A DNA stretch of 64,000 nt from a virus. Taxonomy: Duplodnaviria; Heunggongvirae; Uroviricota; Caudoviricetes. Positions 31,562 to 41,251 of the stretch are shown here, piece after piece. Below the pieces are notes generated by a model. That model did not search any database, was not told the origin of the DNA, and was given only the letters and a program-made list of their open reading frames with translations. Both the position numbers and the translations under genes were made by a program. Location: positions 131,863-195,862 of the IMG/VR virus record IMGVR_UViG_3300037484_000445; one strand, given 5' to 3'. The stretch's first letter is position 1. Every line of letters begins with the position of its first letter.

Positions 31562-33321
31562 TGCCTTCATATCAAGATCCAAGCACGATTCTGACGGGGC
31601 CTGGCAGAGTCCATGTTGACGTGGTTAGTGCCGCGGCTGACCTCTATAGTACAGGTTCCTCGGCGACGTTAGCCCAGCTTGCGGCAGTTATTGCTCAACC
31701 TTTGGCTTCCCCAAGTTCCAAGGTTTATACGGCTGGAGTCAGTGGGGATACCACGAGAGTCATGGCCGCGGCTGATGGCCCTTTCTACATTGGGGACAAC
31801 GTCGCCGACGACATTCAAGACCTCTTCAAGGTTGTGGTTGCCGCCGACGATACGGACATCTTCAACAGCAATACTCAGCAGTATGTTCGAATCTCTGCTA
31901 TTAGTCCGTCGGTCATCGGTGGTGGTTTTGGTACCGTTGCTCTGACACTGACCTTTAGTACACCCGTTCCTGCAAACTTGCAATACCGTGTGTACTACGG
32001 GCGCCGTGTAACGGTTGCGAGTCTTCCGGTTGAGATGACTTCGAATCCGATGATTCGAAGGACACCTAATCGAGTACGTTTCCCCGAGTTTGATCGTACG
32101 GGTTACGCCCCGACGTCGATCTCCCCAGAACAGAACTACTCTTCTACGGGTTATCCGGATCCTTACCTAGCTCAGTGGAAAGCGTCACTAAGGGGTACGA
32201 TCTCAATTACTGGTAATTCCGACACTTCCTATGGTGGTGCCTTAGGTTTTGTTCACGTTGGACACTGTCGAAACGTTATTGATTCTAATGACGCAGCCAA
32301 TCGAGGGCTTCCAGGCGCTGCTATTCTGAATGTTAGTGAGAAGGATATTCGGACCACTGTATTTTCTGGGGGTAATGCTGCTCTCACACGAGTTAACTCA
32401 ACCCTGTTAGGTACGGTTGCAAATCCGAACATCGTCAATCTCAATGGGTCGGACTATTTCTACCGGAACACACCAATACCACAGACAGCTATTCGTCTTG
32501 GTGTCGATATGGTAGAAGTGACGTTTGCTAACGGTTCAAAGGGTGTCTACGTAATAACTTCTTTTGGTGCTACGCCCAATCAAGCTATCGTAGCGACTTT
32601 GGGTGGGGGTTCTCCAAACTTCACTAACGGTTCGGCCACTTTCAAGTGGATTAGGCCTTCATTTTTCACAGGTGCTGCTCAAGAAGAATACAGTTTAGGG
32701 GGCTTTTTCGAACTTCGTGGTGCTTCCTACCTAACTCCGGGCTCTATCTCAACACTCCCTGGTCAAGAAATAGCTCACGCAGGCTTCTTCTTTGCTGCGG
32801 GCACGTCAAACCCAGCACGTGCAGGTACTGACAACTGGAACTTTGAGGCCATGTCTTGGGGCGCTTACCAAGACACTGACACGCCTTTAGGTGAAAAGCT
32901 TAAGAACGGGGCTCTATTGGGAGATGGATCCGTGCAGTCCTATGGGGGACGTATTGAGGGTCTTTTTTCAAAGAGGTCCGTCGGAGTCTACTTTATCACC
33001 ACAAGTAGCTCACAATTTTGGAACCCTCATGTTGAAAGTCTCTTATCCCTTAGGTTTGTTAATAGCACAGCCAAGACGGTGACTCTGTCATTTGACCCTG
33101 TGTACACACCCGAAGATGGTGATGAAATTGAGCTTATTGTGTGTAACTCAGACACATCCGGTTTAGGTTGGATGAGTAACATAGTCTGGCCGACATCTTT
33201 CACGTTCAGCGGTACTGACGGGGACATCACAGGCGTCTCAACAAGCGATCTCTATATGAAATTCGTTGGTACGTACATGGACGGTCTATTCTTCTTCACC
33301 CGTACGGACTACGAGGTCTAA
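31561..33321 (+). CDS. Tail fibre-like protein
   Basis: TGATG-coupled; C-terminal 'GDEIELIV...IVWPTSFTFSG...D' fibre-tip-like domain. Confidence 0.55.
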   Translation: MPSYQDPSTILTGPGRVHVDVVSAAADLYSTGSSATLAQLAAVIAQPLASPSSKVYTAGVSGDTTRVMAAADGPFYIGDNVADDIQDLFKVVVAADDTDIFNSNTQQYVRISAISPSVIGGGFGTVALTLTFSTPVPANLQYRVYYGRRVTVASLPVEMTSNPMIRRTPNRVRFPEFDRTGYAPTSISPEQNYSSTGYPDPYLAQWKASLRGTISITGNSDTSYGGALGFVHVGHCRNVIDSNDAANRGLPGAAILNVSEKDIRTTVFSGGNAALTRVNSTLLGTVANPNIVNLNGSDYFYRNTPIPQTAIRLGVDMVEVTFANGSKGVYVITSFGATPNQAIVATLGGGSPNFTNGSATFKWIRPSFFTGAAQEEYSLGGFFELRGASYLTPGSISTLPGQEIAHAGFFFAAGTSNPARAGTDNWNFEAMSWGAYQDTDTPLGEKLKNGALLGDGSVQSYGGRIEGLFSKRSVGVYFITTSSSQFWNPHVESLLSLRFVNSTAKTVTLSFDPVYTPEDGDEIELIVCNSDTSGLGWMSNIVWPTSFTFSGTDGDITGVSTSDLYMKFVGTYMDGLFFFTRTDYEV

Positions 33322-33323
33322 CT

Positions 33324-33974
33324 ATGGGATCTTTATACCTGATTGACACACACAGCGCGATCTTGGCTAATTCCAAGATCAATGACACTGTGTCCTCTCC
33401 TGCAGGGTTTGCCACAGACATTCCCATTAGGGGTAGCTTTGTCGTCAACGTACCCTTTGATGTGCCTCTTGATGGAATTCCTCAGGACCTAGGCGATCTC
33501 ATTACGAAGAAGTATTTAGGCATCCTGGCGATGTATCCAGGCTACCAAAATATTCTCTTCGATGAGCAGATCGACTCGGTTGGTTGGGTTTTCCCGCCAA
33601 CTTTGGGTGGTAGTGTGGCTATCGGCACGATGGGTAATAGACAGACCAACTCAGTTGTTTCGAACGGTACCTTGGAGAGTGGTACGACGGTGTTGGCCTC
33701 CAACCCTCAAACATGTGTCCTTAGGTGGGAAGCCTTTGAGTACACTTACGATGACACTACGTCGGTCCAAGGACAGCGAAACTATCGAGAAGCCGATCCT
33801 GATTGGTTCGTCGTACTTGTGTCCTTCAATGGTGGATCGACTTGGAATATCGTTCAGAATGGCCTTATTTTCTCTATTCCGTTGGTAGATCAAGGCGCCA
33901 ACTTCCGGATTGCCTTTCAGAGGACAGGCCCAATTCAAAAGCTCTACTTGGGCAGCTGGGCACTCGTTTACTGA
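33324..33974 (+). CDS. Hypothetical structural protein
   Basis: 216-aa beta-rich ORF inside the tail operon. Confidence 0.65.
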   Translation: MGSLYLIDTHSAILANSKINDTVSSPAGFATDIPIRGSFVVNVPFDVPLDGIPQDLGDLITKKYLGILAMYPGYQNILFDEQIDSVGWVFPPTLGGSVAIGTMGNRQTNSVVSNGTLESGTTVLASNPQTCVLRWEAFEYTYDDTTSVQGQRNYREADPDWFVVLVSFNGGSTWNIVQNGLIFSIPLVDQGANFRIAFQRTGPIQKLYLGSWALVY

Positions 33975-33997
33975 TTTTGCGGGAGATGTAGATCATC

Positions 33998-36900
33998 ATG
34001 ACTGACAACTTTGGTACCGGTGTTTCTCGAGTCCTCGATCCTCAGCAGACGGGCTACCTTAACGTTATCTTCCAAGAGGGTAAGCCACCTTTGGATGCGG
34101 AGGTCAGTCTTGGGGGGCAAATTGCAACTGAAAACACTCGACAGTTAGCCCTTCGCGGCACGCCTTCTGGTTGGTATGGCGACGCCGTCAACCCGCAGGA
34201 TTCGTTCGTCACGAATGTCAACTGGTCCAACTGGTTCCGTTTTGGCCCTCAGCTTGCGAACGAGAAGCAAGCAATCATGTGGGCTAACGTCAATGGTTGG
34301 ACGGTCCCCGTTACCGGCACACTTACAGGAAATCCGCCAGGTTCGCCCAATAACGCCGACACGTGGAATCGCATCACTCTACCGCCTCCCCCAGCTAATA
34401 CGGGAGATGCTCGGATCGACTTCGTGTTCCTTGAGGTTTGGAAAGCCAAGATTGCTCCGAACCCCTCCACAACCAATAAGCCAGCAGCATCGGCTATTTA
34501 CCGCTTCGGTAACGTCGAAGGTGGTTACAGCTTCATCACGGACGACCTTCAGGATCCTGAGATTGGGTTCGAAACGTCCCAGCGAGTTCAACTACAATAC
34601 CGCATCCGGATCGTGTCAGGTCTCGTGGGTCTAGCTAGCTACCCCGATGGGTTCGATCCTTCGGTCGTAAAGGGCCAGGGAGCTGCCACCAATCCTACGA
34701 GTTACGTCTTCGAGAACATGAGGAAGGAGCTCGGTGATTCTGGCCTTTGGCGGGCCGGAGACGGCACTCAGAACGCTCTTGGGACTGTGGACGGCTATGT
34801 GTACGCCATCCCCATTGCGGCCGTCTTTAGACGCAATAGCGTGGCTTGGGACGTCTCCAATCTCAATGGGGGCATCAGCCGCAATCCTACGGCCGTAGAT
34901 CGTACAGGGTACAGGACCTTCGCAACCGTACCTACCCTCATTGCGGGAATCACGGCTACAGCTACGTCGCTGACCCTAACCTCAGTGGCCAACTTGCCCC
35001 TGCCCCTCACGCCGGCATCCCCACTTCTCATTCAGATCGGGGATGAGATCATGACTTACACGGCGATCACCGGTACAACCATGAGCGGTCTCGCTCGGGC
35101 TCAGAATGGTTCGATCACAGAGGCTCATGTGGCTGGCAGCACGATCAAGTTGTTGGCAATCAGGCCCGACGGCCTCTATACGGACCAAGTCATTCAGGAC
35201 GATATCTTGGATCTTCGTCACGTTGTGAACCCGGGTGGGTTCGACTACCAGGCGTTGCTGCAGAGGAACGTAGACAAGCTTTTGCGTGGCAAGCTCAACT
35301 CGACTTGGAAGCGTGGGGGTAACTCTTCGCAAGGGCCGAGAGTGAACTACGTGGACTACATCAGTGCTAGTGCTGGGCCTTTGGGAACGACCCAACTCGA
35401 TTCCCCGGACGGTATTCGCCAGATTTGGGGAGACCCGAGTGCTCTTCAACCTGTTGTGATCCCAGTCAGGTACCCCTCCAGTATCAACCCGGCTTTTCCA
35501 ATTGGCGGTACGCTAGGTAACAGTTTCGCATCGGTTACGGTCAATCACTCAGGGGCTGCTGGTTTTCAGGTTGGTGACATCATAACAGTCCCCAAAAGCC
35601 TGTTCACAGCTTCTTTGCCAGGTGCTGATGTTGACCAGGTTCGTCTTGTTGCGGATAGCACGCATGTCCAAATAAGGTTCTTTGGTGAGATTACGGACCT
35701 CGCTACGATTCAGTATTCTCTATCTAACGCACTCAATGGGGACTTGCTGATCACTTTCACGGCATCCTTCACACCTCGTACTTCAGGGGCGTGCATCACA
35801 CTGCATGTGCAGTATGGCCCTGGCCGGGGCTTGAGCCGTCGTCCTGACGCCATCCATGATGTCTTGTATCTGGCATCAGGCTCCAATATCGCGACGCAGC
35901 TTCAAGGCATTCCAGTCGGTGACCGCCATATGCGGACATCCTGGCTGGCTTTATGGAGTCAGTACCAGAATGCTGTTGTCAACAGCTGCATGCCTTCGAC
36001 GTCTGAGGCTCACATCGATCCAGGGTCTAAGTCCATCGCCTTAACTCCCTACCGATTGATGACGTTCAACATCACCGATAGTGCTTCTCGTATGAAGACT
36101 GTGCAAAAGGCTATAGATGCTCAAACGGGCGCTATGCCCTCTAGAGATCTTTCGAACAATCCTAAGTGGACTACGACTGATCCTTTGAATCTATTCTCGG
36201 GTTACAGCGACCCTGTGTCGGGTCGAGCCAGTATGACTGTGATTCTTCCTAGAAAAGTTATCCCTGGATTTGGTGAGATCCGGGCGCCCATTCTTTATGC
36301 CGACTATGGTAACTTCGCCCAGGGAATTAACTACTTAGTCAATGCACCAAAAGGCGCTAGTCTTGGGCCAACTGTGTCGACATACGTGCCCATGAATAAT
36401 ACAGGTAGTGTGTCATACGCTGTTTTTAGCACGTTAGACTTAACTACCAGCACACCTGCAATTTACAACGCTTCTTTCACGTTTGGTACCACTATTGCAG
36501 GTATGAGATTCTTCACAGACACTCGAGGCCTAGGTCGCAGAGGGCTTCAATTGCCCCCATTCTATGGCGTGGCCCGCTTGTGGGCAGTTTACTCAACACA
36601 AGACTATGTGACCTACGGGTCTTCGTTTAACCCTTCTACGCGTGCTTCAGACGCCAGTGGTGCCCCTAACCTTCTACGCCAAAACTTTGACGGCGCTGTG
36701 CTATGGGCTGAATCTGACGTAGATGGAGACCCAACCTTCATTCTCAATGCTGATGCAATAGATGTTAGCAAGAGTACTAACCCTGTTGCATCTTTTGAAA
36801 CAGGTGATTACGTCATAGAATGCTCTATAGTGGGTCTAGATCGAGGATTTTTGGATCTAGCTCAGGATCCAAGACTGGTTCTTACTCGTGATCGCGTTGA

Positions 36901-37990
36901 AGGTCTTACTCCTGGATCGTTGGTCACTTTCCCTTCGTTAGTTCTGCCTTCGGCCCCCGAAGTTGGTGATCAGATCATTGTCAACTATTCTAGGTACCCC
37001 TACCAAGGTGATTGCTGGAACAGTCAATTGTTGGCTTCAGACACTGGAGCCAAGTATGGGGTGATGTCCACAGCTAGTCGTTACCAGCTGATGAACACCA
37101 CATTGACTTACGCCTCTTTGTCTAGGCCCAACCAGAAGCCTCTCGAAGTCCTAGCGTCTATTGGATTTGTTACAACCCTTGGAACTGGAAGGTTTTCGGG
37201 GAACGTGGGATCCAGTGCCATAGATGTTAGGAACATCGGTTATGAGCCTTGGACAATCCCGGCTACATCCGTGGATCCTCGTCCAACCCTCAACCAAGGG
37301 GCTTTGGTAACGGCAGAGAAGGTTATACCCCTAGGGTCAGAATTCGTTGGATTGACCTGCCACCTTCCCCTGGGAGCCCTATTCCGCGATAAGGACTTCC
37401 GAGGCAATGCTGTGGGTGGGGCAACTGGTGACGCTCGGCAGTTAGTTCTTGATGGCTATGCTCCAGGGATTCAGTCGGGTGGCGTGGCGAATAGCTCAGC
37501 TGAATTTGCCTATCTACCCGTCACGGCCTCAATTGGAACTGGTAGCGGTGTGGTTGTCCACGTGGACGGTAACGGGGACTCTTACAACGTCCTCACTAAC
37601 TACCGAACCAATCGTGGTGGTTCTGTCTTTACTGCCTCAGGGTTTGTAGGAGGGGACTTTGGTGCCACTCTGCCTTCCTCTTTGGCAGCCTCGACGTCTG
37701 GTGGTGTTATGTCTGGCGTAGCTCTCTTAGTGAGGAACACGCAGACGAACATCGGCGCCCAAGAGGCAAGTGCAGGTCAAGAGCTCCTTATGCTCGTGGT
37801 CACAACAGCCCGTCCCCAAGGCGTTTCAGGTACGGTGAACGCTGTCCAATGCTCGACCTCGGGCAGTGGTGAAGCTTACAGTGCTGCCGATGTCTATCGC
37901 ATCCCCGGTCATCCGTTGACGAACGATTCTGCTCGACCGATGGTAGACCCAGCCACGATCACGCTAGCTCGAAAGTCGGACCTTCTATAA
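33998..37990 (+). CDS. Large tail protein, DUF4815-like N-terminus (paralog B)
   Basis: DP..TGYLNVIFQEGKPPLDAE; RIDFVFLEVW, ETSQRVQLQYRIR, DSGLWRAGDG..N.LGTVDGYVYAIP, RPDGLY.D shared with paralog A. Confidence 0.7.
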   Translation: MTDNFGTGVSRVLDPQQTGYLNVIFQEGKPPLDAEVSLGGQIATENTRQLALRGTPSGWYGDAVNPQDSFVTNVNWSNWFRFGPQLANEKQAIMWANVNGWTVPVTGTLTGNPPGSPNNADTWNRITLPPPPANTGDARIDFVFLEVWKAKIAPNPSTTNKPAASAIYRFGNVEGGYSFITDDLQDPEIGFETSQRVQLQYRIRIVSGLVGLASYPDGFDPSVVKGQGAATNPTSYVFENMRKELGDSGLWRAGDGTQNALGTVDGYVYAIPIAAVFRRNSVAWDVSNLNGGISRNPTAVDRTGYRTFATVPTLIAGITATATSLTLTSVANLPLPLTPASPLLIQIGDEIMTYTAITGTTMSGLARAQNGSITEAHVAGSTIKLLAIRPDGLYTDQVIQDDILDLRHVVNPGGFDYQALLQRNVDKLLRGKLNSTWKRGGNSSQGPRVNYVDYISASAGPLGTTQLDSPDGIRQIWGDPSALQPVVIPVRYPSSINPAFPIGGTLGNSFASVTVNHSGAAGFQVGDIITVPKSLFTASLPGADVDQVRLVADSTHVQIRFFGEITDLATIQYSLSNALNGDLLITFTASFTPRTSGACITLHVQYGPGRGLSRRPDAIHDVLYLASGSNIATQLQGIPVGDRHMRTSWLALWSQYQNAVVNSCMPSTSEAHIDPGSKSIALTPYRLMTFNITDSASRMKTVQKAIDAQTGAMPSRDLSNNPKWTTTDPLNLFSGYSDPVSGRASMTVILPRKVIPGFGEIRAPILYADYGNFAQGINYLVNAPKGASLGPTVSTYVPMNNTGSVSYAVFSTLDLTTSTPAIYNASFTFGTTIAGMRFFTDTRGLGRRGLQLPPFYGVARLWAVYSTQDYVTYGSSFNPSTRASDASGAPNLLRQNFDGAVLWAESDVDGDPTFILNADAIDVSKSTNPVASFETGDYVIECSIVGLDRGFLDLAQDPRLVLTRDRVEGLTPGSLVTFPSLVLPSAPEVGDQIIVNYSRYPYQGDCWNSQLLASDTGAKYGVMSTASRYQLMNTTLTYASLSRPNQKPLEVLASIGFVTTLGTGRFSGNVGSSAIDVRNIGYEPWTIPATSVDPRPTLNQGALVTAEKVIPLGSEFVGLTCHLPLGALFRDKDFRGNAVGGATGDARQLVLDGYAPGIQSGGVANSSAEFAYLPVTASIGTGSGVVVHVDGNGDSYNVLTNYRTNRGGSVFTASGFVGGDFGATLPSSLAASTSGGVMSGVALLVRNTQTNIGAQEASAGQELLMLVVTTARPQGVSGTVNAVQCSTSGSGEAYSAADVYRIPGHPLTNDSARPMVDPATITLARKSDLL

Positions 37991-37991
37991 C

Positions 37992-38032
37992 AACGAAAGG
38001 GGGCCTTTCTTGAGAAAGACCCCCTTTCGTTT
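37992..38032. terminator. Bidirectional intrinsic terminator between convergent genes
   Basis: AACGAAAGGGGG-C-CTTTCT-TG-AGAAAG-A-CCCCCTTTCGTT, 18 paired bases with one mismatch. Confidence 0.85.
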
Positions 38033-38044
38033 CAGTCTGGTCTA

Positions 38045-40033
38045 CTACTTGGGCATCGTGAAGATGGCCGAGTCACTCACGCTCAATCCTTCGGCATAAG
38101 GTAGATTGTTCCAGTAACCCCAACTACCGAAGTACACATTGGTGTCGTCCACTGTGATACTCATGATTTCGTGTGAGTTGAAGTAGTTGGGCGTTCCTCC
38201 GTTGAGGCTGACCTTCATATTGTCCGTGTAGACATAGCTGGTGTTTGCTGCGAAGACTTGGCTTTCATTCCAAGGGGCTAGATTCGTCAGTATCACGAAT
38301 GCCGGTGAAGCCGTCAACTTGAACACAGCACTATTCGACCCATTGTCGATGTTAGCCCTGGTAAAGATGGTGCTGGTAGAATTCTTCGTAAGGGCGGGCA
38401 GACTTGTAACACCCCCAGTTAGGGCGTAGGTGACTCCATTCCAAGTGTAACCACCAGAGATTAGTTGCGTACTGTCGTTTAGGTTGCTCAAAAGGCGCTT
38501 GTTCAGAACCACGTTGTAAGCTGAGATGCCTTTGTATTGAATCTCCCAAACATAGAGGTAGGTGTCATCTACTTCGATGTCAGGTGAGATCTCTGCGAAC
38601 AACCTTGGCTGTTGGATTGCTTCGAACCCATCGATAGTGACGCTGTACACATAGATCGACTTACTGCTACTATCGCTGCAACCACAAGCGTTGCGGGGCA
38701 TATTGGACCAAAAGACCTTGGTGGAATTCTTAGCAAACCCAAAGGCTGGTTCACTCGATAGCATCGTGGGGCTTGTCTGATCGGCCGTTGCCTTGTTGAT
38801 GGCCCAAACAGAACCCGCGTTAATCCCATTCGTGGGGCTGAAGTAGATGGTGTTGCCAGCTACAATGAAGTTGAGGATGAAGACGCTTGAATCTGTCGTC
38901 TGGAATAGAACCGTTCTAGCGTTGGAGCCCTTTGCATAGCGCGTGATTTGAGAGGCTCCTGCGGCTGATCGTTCAGAAGCGTAGACGAAGTTCGTGTCGT
39001 TATCGAGGGCTAGCGTGTAGTAGTCGTCGTAAATCTTACTGATCCCGCTGTATTCGCAAGCTGTCCCAGCTGCATTGCAAGCGCTGTAGCAAGGCTTGCT
39101 TGTTACGACTGATCCCGGACACGAAGTCACGGTCAACGTACCGTTTGAGCACGTCGTTGAGGCCGTGCAAGAGTTCGAGGTTCCACCAGTTGAAGTCGTG
39201 CCGCCAGCGGTCGACGTTCCGCCGGCAGAGGGGGTGCCGCCAGTGGCTGACGTCCCACCAGTATTCGAGGTCGTACCACCAGTAGCCGAGGCTCCGCCTG
39301 TTCCGGTGGCCCCGCCGGTCCCCGACATGCAAGAGGTGCCAGTGCTGACCCAGACGTAGTTCGTGCAGGTCCACTTGACGTCGGAGATGTCGCAGTAGGT
39401 AGTTCCGAGGTTACACTCACATACCGCGGGTTTGCCGGTGCTGGTATTCATGTGGGCGATCCAAGCGCCCTCTGAGCAAACGTCAATGCGGGTCACTACT
39501 AGGGTCACGTCGACTGGGGTTTTGCCTGTGGCTGTGTCGACGCACCGGAAGGTTCCGTTGGTGCAAATGGCTGTGGTTCCGCCGGTAGCCGCCGAGGTGC
39601 CCCCAGTTGACGTTGAGGCACCGCCCGTGGTTGTAGTCGTGGAAGAGCCACCCGTTGCCTGAGAAGAGCCCCCTGAAGCCGCTGAGGAGCCGCCCGTGGT
39701 CGAGGTTGCCCCGGTCGTAGTAGTCGTTGAGACCCCACCTGAAGCCTGGCCGCCGGGGGTCGTAGTAGTCGTGGAAGAGCCACCCGTTGCCGAATTTCCA
39801 CCCAGGCTTGAAGATCCTCCTGAAGATGTCGAGGATCCACCAACGATAGTCGTATTGGTCCCAGAGGCCCCGCCAACGGTGGTTCTGGTTTGGCCGCCGA
39901 CGCTCGTTGCAGAAGTATCAGAAGCTCCAGCGGCCCCGGCGATCTCTTCCTCGCTGACCATGTTGACTGCGGTGGAAGAACAGCCGAGGGTGATGAGACC
40001 AATGAGAGCGACTAGTGTTAGTTTGTGGGCCAT
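38045..40033 (-). CDS. Lipoprotein with Gly/Thr/Ser linkers, Cys-rich modules and C-terminal beta-propeller (myxobacterial type)
   Basis: Signal peptide and lipobox ITLG/C; TGG-rich low-complexity linkers; 'lalD.tnvY' propeller repeats. Confidence 0.8.
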   Translation of the reverse strand: MAHKLTLVALIGLITLGCSSTAVNMVSEEEIAGAAGASDTSATSVGGQTRTTVGGASGTNTTIVGGSSTSSGGSSSLGGNSATGGSSTTTTTPGGQASGGVSTTTTTGATSTTGGSSAASGGSSQATGGSSTTTTTGGASTSTGGTSAATGGTTAICTNGTFRCVDTATGKTPVDVTLVVTRIDVCSEGAWIAHMNTSTGKPAVCECNLGTTYCDISDVKWTCTNYVWVSTGTSCMSGTGGATGTGGASATGGTTSNTGGTSATGGTPSAGGTSTAGGTTSTGGTSNSCTASTTCSNGTLTVTSCPGSVVTSKPCYSACNAAGTACEYSGISKIYDDYYTLALDNDTNFVYASERSAAGASQITRYAKGSNARTVLFQTTDSSVFILNFIVAGNTIYFSPTNGINAGSVWAINKATADQTSPTMLSSEPAFGFAKNSTKVFWSNMPRNACGCSDSSSKSIYVYSVTIDGFEAIQQPRLFAEISPDIEVDDTYLYVWEIQYKGISAYNVVLNKRLLSNLNDSTQLISGGYTWNGVTYALTGGVTSLPALTKNSTSTIFTRANIDNGSNSAVFKLTASPAFVILTNLAPWNESQVFAANTSYVYTDNMKVSLNGGTPNYFNSHEIMSITVDDTNVYFGSWGYWNNLPYAEGLSVSDSAIFTMPK
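39633..39791. repeat. Perfect 27-bp direct repeat within the lipoprotein linker
   Basis: gtagtcgtggaagagccacccgttgcc at 39633-39659 and 39765-39791. Confidence 0.85.
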
Positions 40034-40143
40034 AGGGGTAATACGTAGGGAGGGTTCTCAGGATTAAGGGATCTGTTCGATTTTCCCGTACGCCCTTTCA
40101 TTTGGTTGGGGTGGCACTCGTGAATAGTTTACGCCGAACCGGG

Positions 40144-40515
40144 TCACACGCTAACGTTCGTTCTTGCGTGATATACGTAACTTCGGCAGGTCTGCACAAC
40201 GCTACTGACATAGTAGCCAGCTCCATTGGCCAGCACTTCAAAGGCGACCATGGCTCGGAAGGTCTCGTCCTCAATTCGTTGAAGAGCGAGGAAAAACGCT
40301 TCGTTGTAGTAGTTTACGGCCTCCCAAGCATCCGCGGCGGAATTGAAGTCTGGGGCACTAGCCACAGCGTCTAAGAGACTTTTTGGGGTGGGAATCTCGT
40401 AGTTGGATGTCCTGGATTCTCGGTTGACTTTTCGAGCGACACCCCAAGCTTTTTCCAGGCTGGTCATATGCAGCTGGGCCGCACGCAGGGATTCTAGGTG
40501 GGGTGTGGTCATCAT
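40144..40515 (-). CDS. Hypothetical protein
   Basis: Helical protein-like ORF filling the gap; ATG start at 40515 or 40512. Confidence 0.55.
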   Translation of the reverse strand: MMTTPHLESLRAAQLHMTSLEKAWGVARKVNRESRTSNYEIPTPKSLLDAVASAPDFNSAADAWEAVNYYNEAFFLALQRIEDETFRAMVAFEVLANGAGYYVSSVVQTCRSYVYHARTNVSV

Positions 40516-40563
40516 GAACCCAGTACGCACATGTGGCCGGAAACCTTAAGGCCTGACTTTCAA

Positions 40564-40575
40564 TAGTCTGTTTTT
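40564..40575 (+). promoter_or_regulatory. Putative late promoter motif TAGTCTGTTTTT heading the lysis cassette
   Basis: 17 nt before ATG 40593, the same spacing as the 63871 copy. Confidence 0.55.
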
Positions 40576-40592
40576 GGGTCCTCTCATTCGAG

Positions 40593-40784
40593 ATGACGAT
40601 CCAAAGCCTCACTTATCAAGACCTTCCAGCCACCAAACGTCGAGCTTCCGCACATAAGGCCCTTCAGCGGTTGCGTGAGCAGCTCAACAACACGGCCTTA
40701 AGCCCTGAGCAAACCTCAGAATACAAGGCCCAAATGGTCCGAATTGAAAAGTGGGCTGCGGGAACGCTCGAAAAAGGAGCCTGA
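40593..40784 (+). CDS. Small helical protein, first gene of the putative lysis cassette
   Basis: 63-aa ORF whose end carries the AAGGAG SD for the next gene. Confidence 0.65.
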   Translation: MTIQSLTYQDLPATKRRASAHKALQRLREQLNNTALSPEQTSEYKAQMVRIEKWAAGTLEKGA

Positions 40785-40789
40785 ATCAG

Positions 40790-41251
40790 ATGGACAATGT
40801 AGTATCCCAGTTTCTCAGTAAGGGTACGGCGATCATTGCTATTGCAGTGGTGATCCTGCAGTTCTTCATACGGAGAACTGTTGAGATTGTGTGGCCCACT
40901 CTGAAGCCTGTGGGTAAGGAGTTGGATCATAAGTCGATGTACACGGGTAAGGCGGCCCTTTGGTGGAACCAGATAGGGCTCTATGCCTTACCTGTTGTGA
41001 TCGGGGCTTGTATTGGTTGGATGACGAAAGAGCCATACCTGTTTGGAGACGACATAAAGACAGTCTCTGGGCGAGTCTTCTATGCAGCCGTGGTTGGGTG
41101 GTTCGCAGACTTCTTGTATGAAGTCGTACAGAAGAGCCTCTACCGAACAACAGGTGTAGCGTTGCCAAATCCGGGCGACTCATTTCCTCCAAAGAGGGGT
41201 CCTTCTGATCCTCCGAAGCCCGAACCAGAGCACGGCCATGCCCAACCCTGA
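40790..41251 (+). CDS. Putative holin (three predicted TM segments)
   Basis: Hydrophobic segments GTAIIAIAVVILQFFI, IGLYALPVVIGACIGWM and VFYAAVVGWFADFLY; charged Pro-rich tail; upstream of an amidase-like gene. Confidence 0.55.
   Translation: MDNVVSQFLSKGTAIIAIAVVILQFFIRRTVEIVWPTLKPVGKELDHKSMYTGKAALWWNQIGLYALPVVIGACIGWMTKEPYLFGDDIKTVSGRVFYAAVVGWFADFLYEVVQKSLYRTTGVALPNPGDSFPPKRGPSDPPKPEPEHGHAQP

Noticed and set aside
1-37990. Extracellular contractile injection system or T6SS interpretation
   Set aside because: Contiguous with DNA polymerase, helicases, MTase and a lysis-like cassette in phage-style coupled operons; no T6SS membrane complex genes.
20984-38040. Diversity-generating retroelement or invertible tail-fibre cassette
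   Set aside because: No reverse transcriptase, recombinase, or adenine-variant TR/VR pair seen; repeats are diverged coding duplications. A self dot-plot would be decisive.
39096-40067. Pro/Val/Glu-rich + strand ORFs
   Set aside because: Antisense read of the Gly/Thr/Ser linkers of the lipoprotein.
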